DNA of 64,000 nt from Candidatus Woesearchaeota archaeon (GTDB lineage: Archaea; Nanobdellota; Nanobdellia; Pacearchaeales; GW2011-AR1): the NCBI GenBank assembly GCA_964639615.1, contig CAZXHH010000001.1, positions 207,247 through 271,246 on the forward strand, written 5' to 3'. The notes under the pieces are model-generated. The model worked only from the letters and a program-made list of their open reading frames with translations. It did not search any database and was not told the origin of the DNA. The translations under genes were made by a program, and so were the position numbers. Below are positions 1-9,061 of the stretch, piece by piece. The stretch's first letter is position 1; every line of letters begins with the position of its first letter.

Positions 1-1
1 T

Positions 2-1954
2 GGAACATATGACGATGGAGACATCGACACTGATTACTCACAAAAAATAACTTTATCTAACAAAGATTTAACTCTATTCACAAGCAGCGAATATAATGAC
101 AAAGAACCCACAATCGGCTTCCATTGGAGCGATGGAGATTTCATCTTAAACTACACTGTAGAATTTGATGACGATATTTCATTCGCAGATTTGGTAGACA
201 CTGATTTGCCTCTGTTTGGCAATACATACTATGTAATGAATGTAAAAGCTAATCAAATCGACTTACTTGATTCTGCTGAAAAAGTAGTAATCACAGAAGG
301 AGATAGCAAGGTAATTGGTGATAAAACAGTTAGTGTTGAGGGCTTTGTTACAGATGGAAAAGTAAAGCTAAATGTTGATGGTGAAGTGACTGATAAATTA
401 TCAGAACATTCAACTTACAAGCTTCAAGATGGTTCATATGTAATTGTAAATGAAATAAATTACAATTCAAAAGAATCAGGAATTAGCAATGTTGAAATAT
501 CTATCGGAAAGGGAAAGATTTCCCTTAAGAAAGGAGACGACATTGAACTAAATGAAGAAGACGTTAACAATTTGCAAGCAAATTGGGAAAACAACACAGG
601 TACTTTTGACAGTTTAACAATAACTTGGAATTCAGATGACGACAGTTTCTTAACACAAGAGAGTGCTCTCACAATGCCACTTTTCGAGAACATCAAACTT
701 GTTTTCGGAGGCATGAATTTCCCAGAAGAATCTGAAAAAATATCTTTAACAACTGGAGAAGAGATGACATTAGAAATGGGTAATTATAATTTACCTTTAT
801 TCTTTGTTGACCAATCTGGCGATGCTGGAATTGGATACCTAGGAGAAGAAGATTATCATTTGGTAACAGCTGCATCAACTTTAACAAGTAACTATACAGG
901 TGGTGCCGGCAGAACTGCTGGAAATACAACTGCCTTAACTGGTGGTTTGGATTTAGTTAAGAAAAACAGATTCTTAGTAACAGGTCTTGATACAGATTTA
1001 ACTGATATCGATACTCTATACTATGAATTATCAAGCATCGATTACACTGATTCAACACATTGGACAGTTGAACTTGATGATTTGATTGGAACAAAGGACA
1101 TTACATTGTCTGACAAGTTAACTGACACTGAAGATGTGGGAGATATAACTGTCTCTATTGTTGATGTAAATTCAACACATGCATATCTTAAGTTTACACC
1201 TGCATCAACTACTTTGAGCTTTAATACTGCTGTATCAGAAAAGGGAATGAAGATTGCTTTGCCTGCAAAGACAAGTACTGAAACACTTAACTTTGCAAGT
1301 GCAGGACAAACTTTAACATTCACTGAAGCTACAAAGGACGATGATATCGGACAGGGTATGCCTTTCACAGTAACTGTGAAGAACAACTCTGATGAAGATT
1401 TACATGTTACAGGATATAACACATCAATTGTTGATGCAAAAGTATCAACAGACGTTTATACTGGATATGTTCTATCAGATTTGGCTACTAAGGTATCATT
1501 CGATAAATCTGGTGATGCATATAACTTCGACCTAGAATACTATGGTGAAGAAGTTACTGCGGATGTTAGTGTTATTGGAGGAACATCAACTGTTTCAAGT
1601 GGATCTAATGTACTAGGAAACATCTTAGTAAAGGACACTGAAGTAAGTACTGTTGCTACAAAGAACCTAATTGTTGTTGGTGGAAGCTGTATTAATTCAG
1701 CTGCTGCTACTTTGGTTGGTGGTGCTAAATGTGGTGCTGCATGGACTGAGGCAACAGGAATAGGTGCTGGGCAATTCTTGATAAAAGGATATGCTGACAA
1801 TGACCTAACAAGCAAGATGGCTTTGTTAGTTGCTGGTTACGAAGCTGCAGATACAGTTAAAGCTGCTACATACTTGACAAACGAAGACAACGTTGATACA
1901 AGCAAGGAGTACAAAGGTACTACTTCAACTAATGTTGCTGTTGTTGTTGAGTAA
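2..1954 (+). CDS. S-layer protein, 5'-truncated by the window edge
   Basis: Frame is open from base 2 (GTYDDGDIDTDYSQK...), upstream of the ORF-track start at 191. Acidic, Thr/Asp-rich, beta-rich; C-terminal KNLIVVGGSCINSAAATL..GAGQFLIK..ALLVAGYEAADT resembles the archaeal S-layer C-terminal motif. Confidence 0.8.
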   Translation, partial: GTYDDGDIDTDYSQKITLSNKDLTLFTSSEYNDKEPTIGFHWSDGDFILNYTVEFDDDISFADLVDTDLPLFGNTYYVMNVKANQIDLLDSAEKVVITEGDSKVIGDKTVSVEGFVTDGKVKLNVDGEVTDKLSEHSTYKLQDGSYVIVNEINYNSKESGISNVEISIGKGKISLKKGDDIELNEEDVNNLQANWENNTGTFDSLTITWNSDDDSFLTQESALTMPLFENIKLVFGGMNFPEESEKISLTTGEEMTLEMGNYNLPLFFVDQSGDAGIGYLGEEDYHLVTAASTLTSNYTGGAGRTAGNTTALTGGLDLVKKNRFLVTGLDTDLTDIDTLYYELSSIDYTDSTHWTVELDDLIGTKDITLSDKLTDTEDVGDITVSIVDVNSTHAYLKFTPASTTLSFNTAVSEKGMKIALPAKTSTETLNFASAGQTLTFTEATKDDDIGQGMPFTVTVKNNSDEDLHVTGYNTSIVDAKVSTDVYTGYVLSDLATKVSFDKSGDAYNFDLEYYGEEVTADVSVIGGTSTVSSGSNVLGNILVKDTEVSTVATKNLIVVGGSCINSAAATLVGGAKCGAAWTEATGIGAGQFLIKGYADNDLTSKMALLVAGYEAADTVKAATYLTNEDNVDTSKEYKGTTSTNVAVVVE

Positions 1955-1967
1955 AACTAGATAAAAC

Positions 1968-2000
1968 TTTTTTATTTTTTTATTTCTTTTTCTTTTTTTT
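1968..2000 (+). terminator. Oligo-T tract, likely archaeal intrinsic terminator of the S-layer gene
   Basis: 33-nt almost pure T run 13 nt after the stop codon. Confidence 0.5.
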
Positions 2001-2086
2001 AATCTCCTGGCGAGAGCCCTAGTGAGATTAAAGATTAATTTAAATTTTCAGAAAATTTAAATAAGCTCGTTTTTTATATTAATAAA

Positions 2087-2677
2087 ATGAGAAAAATTGA
2101 AACAAAACAAGAATTTGAGAAGAAGAAAAAAAGAAATGCCTGGCTTATAGGCGGAATTATGATATTTATTATGCTTGCAAGTACATTCGGATATGCTTTC
2201 TATGAATTAAGTGGAAACAATAATCAGAACTCAGGAGGAGAATTGGAATACAATGGATATAAATTTATTGGACAAAACAGCTATTGGTATACTCAAATTG
2301 GAGACCAACAATTTGTGTTTAGATATAATCCTGAAGAAGTTGGAGAAATTCAGAATTCTGAATTGATTTCTATTAGCGATTATTCTGGAGCGCCACTATA
2401 TATTTTTAGTGAAAACAATGATGCTTCATATGAAATAAACAGAAATTTGGCTGGTTTTGCCTTGAGATTCCAAGGAGCTTGCTTGGAAAATGAGAAAAAT
2501 TGCCCTGCTGAATGGCCAGTAAAAGACTGCACAAACAACTTTATTATAATAAAAGAAGCTAACCAAAGCAGAATCTATCAGCAAGAAAATTGTGTTTTTA
2601 TTGAAGCAAAAGGAGCTGAAAATCTAACAAAAGCAACAGATGCATTTTTATATAAAATATTCAATATAAAGAATTAA
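2087..2677 (+). CDS. Hypothetical protein, N-terminal membrane anchor, Cys-containing extracellular domain
   Basis: Basic N-terminus then a hydrophobic helix (AWLIGGIMIFIMLASTFGYAF); TATA-like TTTAAATA ~24 nt upstream. Confidence 0.8.
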   Translation: MRKIETKQEFEKKKKRNAWLIGGIMIFIMLASTFGYAFYELSGNNNQNSGGELEYNGYKFIGQNSYWYTQIGDQQFVFRYNPEEVGEIQNSELISISDYSGAPLYIFSENNDASYEINRNLAGFALRFQGACLENEKNCPAEWPVKDCTNNFIIIKEANQSRIYQQENCVFIEAKGAENLTKATDAFLYKIFNIKN

Positions 2678-2678
2678 G

Positions 2679-3293
2679 ATGGAAAAAATAAAATTTTCAA
2701 AACAAAATAAGAAAACCCTTTTATGGATATTAATTGTTATGGTAACTATAATTGCATTGTTTGTAGCAGCTTATTTTTACACCCAAGCACAAATCCACTT
2801 TAATTATAAGGGAATTGAATTTGAAGCAGTTAATGAAGGAACAAAGGCAGACCCATTAATCTTTTATCAAACAAATACAATATTAATAGGTAGTGATGGA
2901 GAACCATTTGGTTTTAGAATTAGGACAAAACCTTCTGAGCTAAAAAAAGTTCCTTTTGAGAATGTAGAAAATTTTGAATTAATGAAAATTGGGGGTTTCT
3001 CATTTGGAAATAATACATTCAATTGTGAGGGAGATGGAGTAATAGCGATGGCAAATGTATATAGATTATTCCAAAAAACAGGTATGCAAATGATAACTGA
3101 TGAAAATGCAAGCTGCGATTCTCAAGGGAGATATAACATGTTTGAGTTTGTTTATGGGGACAAGACTGAAATAAGGGAAATAGGAAACCATTGTTATGAG
3201 GTTGTTGTTAAAGGAAGTGAGGATAAATGTGAAATCCTTCCTGCAACAGAAAAACTCATGGTAGAGATTTATTCAAAATACGGGGAACTTTAA
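2679..3293 (+). CDS. Hypothetical membrane-anchored protein
   Basis: Single N-terminal TM helix; starts 1 nt after the previous stop. Confidence 0.8.
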   Translation: MEKIKFSKQNKKTLLWILIVMVTIIALFVAAYFYTQAQIHFNYKGIEFEAVNEGTKADPLIFYQTNTILIGSDGEPFGFRIRTKPSELKKVPFENVENFELMKIGGFSFGNNTFNCEGDGVIAMANVYRLFQKTGMQMITDENASCDSQGRYNMFEFVYGDKTEIREIGNHCYEVVVKGSEDKCEILPATEKLMVEIYSKYGEL

Positions 3294-3776
3294 ATGAATT
3301 CGCTACTATTAGCAATCTTACTTACAATACTACCTATAACTGAATTAAGAGCAGGGCTTCCTTTAGCAATTTCTTATGCAATTGAGAACAACATTCCTAT
3401 CTTTTTAATTTTCATACTCATATTGCTGATAAATATTCTTATTATTTTTATTATATTTTTATTTTTAGATTTTATTCATAAATATTTAATGAAAGTAGGA
3501 TGGTACTCTAGATTATTTAATCATATTATTAATAAATTTAGGAAAAAAGTAGATAAATTCGAGGAGAAAAACAAGCAAACTTGGTTTTGGGGACTAGTCC
3601 TATTTGTTGCTATCCCTCTTCCTGGAACAGGTGCTTGGAGTGGCTGCTTATTGGCTTGGCTGTTAGGATTAGATAGAAAAAAGAGTCTATTAGCAATAAG
3701 TTTAGGGGTTTTAATTGCAGGAATTCTTATTTTGGCTGCAACACTAGGATTTGTGAAATTTCTTAGTGTGTTTTGA
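3294..3776 (+). CDS. Small multidrug export-like (COG2426-type) membrane protein
   Basis: Motifs LPITELRAGLP and LVLFVAIPLPGTGAWSG; hydrophobic. Confidence 0.8.
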   Translation: MNSLLLAILLTILPITELRAGLPLAISYAIENNIPIFLIFILILLINILIIFIIFLFLDFIHKYLMKVGWYSRLFNHIINKFRKKVDKFEEKNKQTWFWGLVLFVAIPLPGTGAWSGCLLAWLLGLDRKKSLLAISLGVLIAGILILAATLGFVKFLSVF

Positions 3777-4322
3777 AATAGCTTTTATGTCTGTATAAAA
3801 TGGAATATCCATTATTTCAAATTTCCTTACTTCAATAAACCAAATTAGTACAACTATAACAATACTTCCAATATACCAAGTTAATTTATGGCTTATATCG
3901 AATATATTTGGTTTTGTTAAGACTATTATAGATAAAGTAATAATTCTCAGAACATTAACTAATAAGAAAGATGAAAATGCAAACGCAATCATTTTAAGCC
4001 TTTTTACAAATTTTACATTCGGTACAGAGAGATTAAAAATTAAAAGAAGATAGTAAGCAGAACCTGCAATACATGCATCAATTACCTTTATTGACGCCCC
4101 ATTAATTACGATTAAATCCCCTGAAAGTGAAGCTTGGAAGATTAAACTCAAAACAAAATAAACAGGATAGATTGTTAATGGTGTGAATATTAAATAAAAA
4201 ATCCAAAAATTTGGAATTGCTGTAATAAGAAGCACTCCGTATCTTAAAATAATTGAATAAACAAATTCTTTCCATGAATTATTTATCTTAAAATTTTTCC
4301 CTTTCTTCCTCTTTTTAATCAT
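3744..4322 (-). CDS. Archaeosortase/exosortase-family transpeptidase (pacearchaeosortase-like)
   Basis: Multi-TM protein with Cys (DACIAG), Arg (NVLRI) and His (ISHKLTW) catalytic triad pattern. Start moved to Met65 of the track ORF because the 5' extension runs antisense into the next gene. Confidence 0.8.
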   Translation of the reverse strand: MIKKRKKGKNFKINNSWKEFVYSIILRYGVLLITAIPNFWIFYLIFTPLTIYPVYFVLSLIFQASLSGDLIVINGASIKVIDACIAGSAYYLLLIFNLSVPNVKFVKRLKMIAFAFSSFLLVNVLRIITLSIIVLTKPNIFDISHKLTWYIGSIVIVVLIWFIEVRKFEIMDIPFYTDIKAISKHTKKFHKS

Positions 4323-4399
4323 TGAATAAAAAACAAAAAGATGTTTAAATAGTTGGTGTTGAATCTTATAATTAAGATTTTTACATATTAAATTGCCTC

Positions 4400-4428
4400 T
4401 TGCATGCATAATCTTTATATGCATGCAA
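4400..4428. promoter_or_regulatory. Perfect 11-bp inverted repeat, candidate operator
   Basis: TTGCATGCATA-N7-TATGCATGCAA immediately upstream of TATA-like ATTTAAAG (4433-4440) of the RelA/SpoT gene. Confidence 0.6.
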
Positions 4429-4460
4429 ACATATTTAAAGCATGCGATATTGATAATGGC

Positions 4461-5522
4461 ATGGTATGGACTAAACCTATTTATGGTAAAGCGAAGGTCG
4501 ATCGAGCAGGACATATTCTTATAGACGAGAATTTAACGGAGGAAACAAAAGAAGAAGCCTTAACAATTCTTAATAATTGGCGTTCTTCTCATGCTTACCC
4601 TATGAATACCTTTCAAGCACGATTAAGGCAGATGTCAAAAAAAGTTGATGAAAATGCAATTGTGGTTCAGAGATTAAAAAGAGTTCCTTCAATAATAAAA
4701 AAGCTTAAAAGAGATCAAACAAAAACAATGAGCTTATCTCAAATGCAAGATATAGCTGGGTGTAGGTCTGTATTGTTGGATGTAAATAAAGTGAATCAAC
4801 TAACTGAAATTTACAGGAAAAGCCGTGGGCTAAAACATAAAAAACTCCGAGAAAAAGATTATATAAAAAATCCTAAAAAAGATGGATATAGAAGTATACA
4901 TCTAATTTATAGATATAAAAGTGATAAGATAAAAACCTATGATGGTTTACTTATTGAAATTCAAATTAGAAGTAAGATACAGCATGCTTGGGCAACTGCT
5001 ATAGAGATAGTTGATTTATTCACAAAGCAGGCAATTAAATCAAATGAAGGGGAAGAAGAATGGAAAGAATTTTTTAGATTAGTTAGTTCAGCATTTGCAA
5101 AAATGGAAAATCAGAACGAAGTTGAAGGGACGCCTAAAGATAATACCGAACTTTATATTGCGATAAAAGATAAAGTAGATAAATTAAAAATTTTTTCAAA
5201 AATGAAAAATTGGTCGCAAGCATTAAAGGTTATAGAGCCAAAACTTAAAGAATTAAATTTCTTCTTACTTGAATTAGATGTATCTGAGGAAACTAATGCA
5301 AGATTAAGTATTAGAGGTTATCCTGAAGGTGCCGAATCTATTGCAACAGAACATTATCTAGAAGCTGAAAAACTAAGGGGAGGAAACCCTGACAAGGATG
5401 TTGTTCTTGTTGGTGCGAAATCTGTTGAAGAATTAAAAAAAGCATATCTTAATTATTTTGCAGATTCTGAAGAATTCTTAAAATACTTAAATAGTTATTT
5501 AGAGAAAAAAGGAAAATTATAA
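4461..5522 (+). CDS. RelA/SpoT synthetase-domain protein with C-terminal extension (CapRel-like fused toxSAS-antitoxin)
   Basis: Motifs QRLKRVPSI, MQDIAGCR, DYIKNPKKDGYRSIHL, EIQIRS, QHAWA; C-terminal VLVGA..LKKAYLNYF. Start chosen at MVWTKP, 20 nt after the TATA box. Confidence 0.85.
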   Translation: MVWTKPIYGKAKVDRAGHILIDENLTEETKEEALTILNNWRSSHAYPMNTFQARLRQMSKKVDENAIVVQRLKRVPSIIKKLKRDQTKTMSLSQMQDIAGCRSVLLDVNKVNQLTEIYRKSRGLKHKKLREKDYIKNPKKDGYRSIHLIYRYKSDKIKTYDGLLIEIQIRSKIQHAWATAIEIVDLFTKQAIKSNEGEEEWKEFFRLVSSAFAKMENQNEVEGTPKDNTELYIAIKDKVDKLKIFSKMKNWSQALKVIEPKLKELNFFLLELDVSEETNARLSIRGYPEGAESIATEHYLEAEKLRGGNPDKDVVLVGAKSVEELKKAYLNYFADSEEFLKYLNSYLEKKGKL

Positions 5523-5532
5523 ACTTGAAATT

Positions 5533-7128
5533 TTATTTTCTAGATAATCTTATTGCAATAACAATTATTAAAACTACAAGAACTACATTCAAAGCAACAA
5601 TTCCCCAGATGTAGTTTTTGCTTCCACTGAAGACATTTCCTAATAATCCGCTATCTTCTATTTCAACCTGAACAGGCTGTGTAGTTATAAGTTCTTTATC
5701 AGATGCAAGAACATTAAGCGTGAATAGTTTAACTCCTGAAACATCTCTATTAACAGTGAATGTTAGTACAACATCCTCAGATTGACCAGCAGCAAGAGTT
5801 AATTCTTTTGTAGCAGGTTCAACAGCTGATGCCCATTCTGAATAATCTGCAGCATTTAATGTGTAAGTTTCAACATTGCTTCCTGTATTTGTTACAGTTG
5901 TTTTTACAACTAAATCTCTGCCAGCTTTTGCACTAGATTCTAAAACAGCATTAACTGTAGCTCCAGCAACAAAGCATCCTCCCTGAACTTTTAGTGTTTC
6001 AGTGAATGTAGCCTTTTTATCATCATCATTCTTGTAAACATCTCCGTCTTCATCAAGAACAGTAAATACAATTGGATAATTCTTTTCTTCAGCATCTGCA
6101 GGAACATTGAATGCAAAATTGAAATCTGTGCTGTCAAAAGCGTCTATATCTTCTAAATCAACTGTTTGGTCGATTCCCAATTCTTTATTGAAAACTTTAA
6201 CAGTTATTCCTTCTTGGTCATCAGAACCTATATTCCAAGCTTCTGCTGAAATTTGAACTTCTGAATTACACTGAACAGATTCAGGTAACTGGAAATTATT
6301 AAGCATAACGAAGTCATCATCAATTGTTAAAGTAGCTTCTTCTGAATCGCTTGCACAAGTTTTTTGACCTTCATATGTACCATCAGCAATTTCTCCTGTT
6401 GCTCTTACATAGAATATATAATCACCATCACTCAAATCTTCTAAATTTTCATCTAAATCTTCATCAAGTTTAAATGTAAACACTAAATCTTCTCTTTCAT
6501 CAGCATCTAAATCGAAATCCTCATCTTCATCTAATTCGATTGCCCATTCTTTTGATTTAGTATCATATAATCCCCATTCAACAACAACATTATCTATATC
6601 CTCATCTCCTGAATTTTCAACTCTTACTTCAACACTAATTGTGTCAAATATATACCAATCTGTATCCTTCCCAAAACCTTCAGTAACATCTACATTTCTA
6701 ACTGTAACTTTTAAATCTCCTTTATTATCAAATTGACAAAATTCTGATTCTGAAAATGGAATTGTTTTAGTAACTGTTGGGCTTGTAGTACCTGTAGCAG
6801 TTAAAGTAGTTTGATATTGTTCTGCGAAATCAAAAGCAAATCCAGATTCAATAGTATAAGTAACTGTTACTGGAGTGTCAGTTGTTACCAATGCTGGAGC
6901 AGGAACACTAAAATCAATAGTCTTTCCTTCATAAGCTATATCATTAACTGAAAATGTAACTGTTTCTCCACCAACAACATCAGTAGTTGCAAAGAATGTA
7001 AAATTTCCACTTGTATGTGAGAGTGTGCTTGGGAAACCAGTTAAAGTAAGTGTAGCACTTGAAAATGCTGTTAAAACTATTAATGTTAGAACGCTTACAA
7101 TCAAAAGTGATAATCTTTTTGCTTCCAT
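5533..7128 (-). CDS. Acidic Ig-like (CARDB-type) surface protein / putative S-layer-associated protein with C-terminal TM anchor
   Basis: N-terminal signal peptide; repeated V.V.N.G...E Ig-like strands; ends in a TM helix plus RLSRK. Confidence 0.75.
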   Translation of the reverse strand: MEAKRLSLLIVSVLTLIVLTAFSSATLTLTGFPSTLSHTSGNFTFFATTDVVGGETVTFSVNDIAYEGKTIDFSVPAPALVTTDTPVTVTYTIESGFAFDFAEQYQTTLTATGTTSPTVTKTIPFSESEFCQFDNKGDLKVTVRNVDVTEGFGKDTDWYIFDTISVEVRVENSGDEDIDNVVVEWGLYDTKSKEWAIELDEDEDFDLDADEREDLVFTFKLDEDLDENLEDLSDGDYIFYVRATGEIADGTYEGQKTCASDSEEATLTIDDDFVMLNNFQLPESVQCNSEVQISAEAWNIGSDDQEGITVKVFNKELGIDQTVDLEDIDAFDSTDFNFAFNVPADAEEKNYPIVFTVLDEDGDVYKNDDDKKATFTETLKVQGGCFVAGATVNAVLESSAKAGRDLVVKTTVTNTGSNVETYTLNAADYSEWASAVEPATKELTLAAGQSEDVVLTFTVNRDVSGVKLFTLNVLASDKELITTQPVQVEIEDSGLLGNVFSGSKNYIWGIVALNVVLVVLIIVIAIRLSRK

Positions 7129-7249
7129 GTGTAACCATTTCAGAGTTACTATGGTTTATAAATATTTGTATTTTTGAAAATATATCTTTTTCTTATTTAT
7201 TTTGTATTGCTTGGAAAAAGTTTATATATAATATAGGATAATTAATATT

Positions 7250-7639
7250 ATGGGATTAAAATCTCAGGAAAACTTTACAGGTGCATGGGTTTTTCTTACA
7301 GGAGTTATACTGGCTGTTCTTATTGGGATTGCTACTTTCTTTATTCCAATTAGTCAGTTAAGTAAATTCAGCTCACCTATTTACGGTATATTAGTAATAA
7401 TAGGTTTGATTGTTGGAAGTAAAGTAAATGTATCTGGAAAAGATTCTCAAACATTTCTTATATCAAGTGCTATATTAGTAATAGTCAGCAGATTTGGAAT
7501 GGATAGTGCAATTGGTTCATTAATCGGTATAGGTGTGGGAGATTTAGTTACATCTGTTTTTGGAGCCCTGTTGGTATTATTTGTCCCTGTAACAATAATA
7601 GTTGCATTGAAGACCCTCTTCTCAATAACTAATGTTTAA
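7250..7639 (+). CDS. Small multi-TM hypothetical membrane protein
   Basis: About 4 hydrophobic helices; TATA-like TTTATATA at 7221-7228. Confidence 0.75.
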   Translation: MGLKSQENFTGAWVFLTGVILAVLIGIATFFIPISQLSKFSSPIYGILVIIGLIVGSKVNVSGKDSQTFLISSAILVIVSRFGMDSAIGSLIGIGVGDLVTSVFGALLVLFVPVTIIVALKTLFSITNV

Positions 7640-7806
7640 TTATATGTCAATATAATCTAAAAAATAATAAATCTAATTAAAAATAAAAAAAGCATTCTAA
7701 TAATAAAAATAAAATATGTTGCTTTTGTTCTGAAGGAAAAACAAGAAATTTCATACTTAACTAATTAAAGTTTAGTATGATTTCTCTTTTTCAACCTAGA
7801 AAATAA

Positions 7807-8193
7807 TCAGTAATCGTCAAACTTGTCTTTTGGTTCTGGTTTTGGTTTGTCAATCTTTTGTATCTTTGCAAACGAAGGTGTTGCAATTACAAGGTTCTCG
7901 CCAAATCCAGCAATTGTACCCTCAAGAGCATCTGTAGTCTTCTTAAGCTTTGAAATTGCTCTCTTTAATTCTATAGGGTCTTTTTGCCTCAAACTCTTTA
8001 TCTCAACGATAGTGATTGTGTAACCTTCTCTTAAAGCATTAAGAACTTCATTGATATCCTCATATTGCTTTAAAGTGAAAAGTTTTACCATCACCTTATG
8101 ATCTCTCTCTTCTTTGGTTAAATCGATTTCGATGTATTCATCGCCATCTTTTGCACCAGATGAAAAAGCTTTTTTTAATTTTTCAAACACCAT
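7807..8193 (-). CDS. sepF: Cell division protein SepF
   Basis: YIEIDL N-terminal motif; VLNALREGYTITIVEI..LKRAISKLK..GTIAG..LVIATPS SepF core. Confidence 0.85.
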   Translation of the reverse strand: MVFEKLKKAFSSGAKDGDEYIEIDLTKEERDHKVMVKLFTLKQYEDINEVLNALREGYTITIVEIKSLRQKDPIELKRAISKLKKTTDALEGTIAGFGENLVIATPSFAKIQKIDKPKPEPKDKFDDY

Positions 8194-8251
8194 GATTAAA
8201 ATATAATTGAGTTATTTATAAAGATTTCGGATTTTTTTTGTATATTTTCAA

Positions 8252-8560
8252 CTACTCTTTAAGGCTTTTATCTCGTATGCTTTCAAGCTTATCAGCGAGG
8301 GAGTTTTCTTGATTTTCAAGAGTTTTAATTCTTGATTCAAATATTTTTATTTTACTTAAAAGCTCTTCTTTCATTTTTGTTTTATCAGATTTTATCATTA
8401 ATTGTCCAATTACCTTAAAAACTTCATCGCCAGAATTTTCAAGTTCTTTTAATGCATCTTTAGTTTCGGATAATTCCATCTGAAAAGCCTGCTTTTGAAA
8501 AAGGATATTTTGTAAACCCTGTTCTAAGAATTGTATTTCCTGAAGATTTTTTTCGTTCAT
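8252..8560 (-). CDS. pfdB: Prefoldin beta subunit
   Basis: Coiled coil with ALKELE..EVFKVIGQLMIK hairpin. Confidence 0.9.
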   Translation of the reverse strand: MNEKNLQEIQFLEQGLQNILFQKQAFQMELSETKDALKELENSGDEVFKVIGQLMIKSDKTKMKEELLSKIKIFESRIKTLENQENSLADKLESIRDKSLKE

Positions 8561-8571
8561 TTTAATGGTAA

Positions 8572-8709
8572 TTATTCAGCCTTGACAATTTTTACTTTTG
8601 TCCTTGGTTTGAAGAAGATTTTACTTCCACAAAAAGGGCAAACAAATCTCTTTTCAAGATTCTTGTCAGTAACTTTTTTTTCACATTTAAAACACTTGTA
8701 AGTTGCCAT
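8572..8709 (-). CDS. rpo12: RNA polymerase subunit Rpo12 (P); not in the ORF track
   Basis: Hand translation MATYKCFKCEKKVTDKNLEKRFVCPFCGSKIFFKPRTKVKIVKAE; Zn ribbon; canonical position between rpl37ae and pfdB. Confidence 0.9.
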   Translation of the reverse strand: MATYKCFKCEKKVTDKNLEKRFVCPFCGSKIFFKPRTKVKIVKAE

Positions 8710-8710
8710 T

Positions 8711-8926
8711 TTATAGATAATAACTATCTCCTGCAAATTTTTTATTACATTTTGGACATTGCCAAATTCCGTTTGACAATCTCTTTACACCAAATTTTTT
8801 ACAAAAAGGACATTGCTGTCTAACTTTCTGTTTTGATTCTACCTGAACAAGTCTATCTCTAACTTTTTTTCCGTATCTTGCTCCGAATCTTCCTGATGAT
8901 TTTGTTTTTTTTGATTTTGTTGTCAT
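8711..8926 (-). CDS. rpl37ae: 50S ribosomal protein L37Ae (eL43)
   Basis: GRFGARYG, CPFC, GIWQCPKC motifs. Confidence 0.95.
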   Translation of the reverse strand: MTTKSKKTKSSGRFGARYGKKVRDRLVQVESKQKVRQQCPFCKKFGVKRLSNGIWQCPKCNKKFAGDSYYL

Positions 8927-8987
8927 TTTATATTATTTATAATAATAAATTACAAAATGGGTTTTTAAATCATTCGGAGAGTAAAAA

Positions 8988-9061
8988 TGGGACTACCCGG
9001 ATTTGAACCGGGATCGCGAAGTCCCAAACCTCGAAGGCTAACCAGGTTACCCCATAATCCC
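8988..9061 (-). tRNA. tRNA-Pro (TGG), no encoded CCA
   Basis: Acceptor GGGATTA/TAGTCCC, anticodon arm CGAGG-TTTGGGA-CTTCG, T-loop GGTTCAAATCC. Confidence 0.95.

Noticed and set aside
4323-4514. Long ORF-track starts for the sortase (4514) and RelA (4404) genes
   Set aside because: They overlap each other head-to-head and run through the palindrome/TATA region; internal Met starts fit promoter spacing and family N-termini better.
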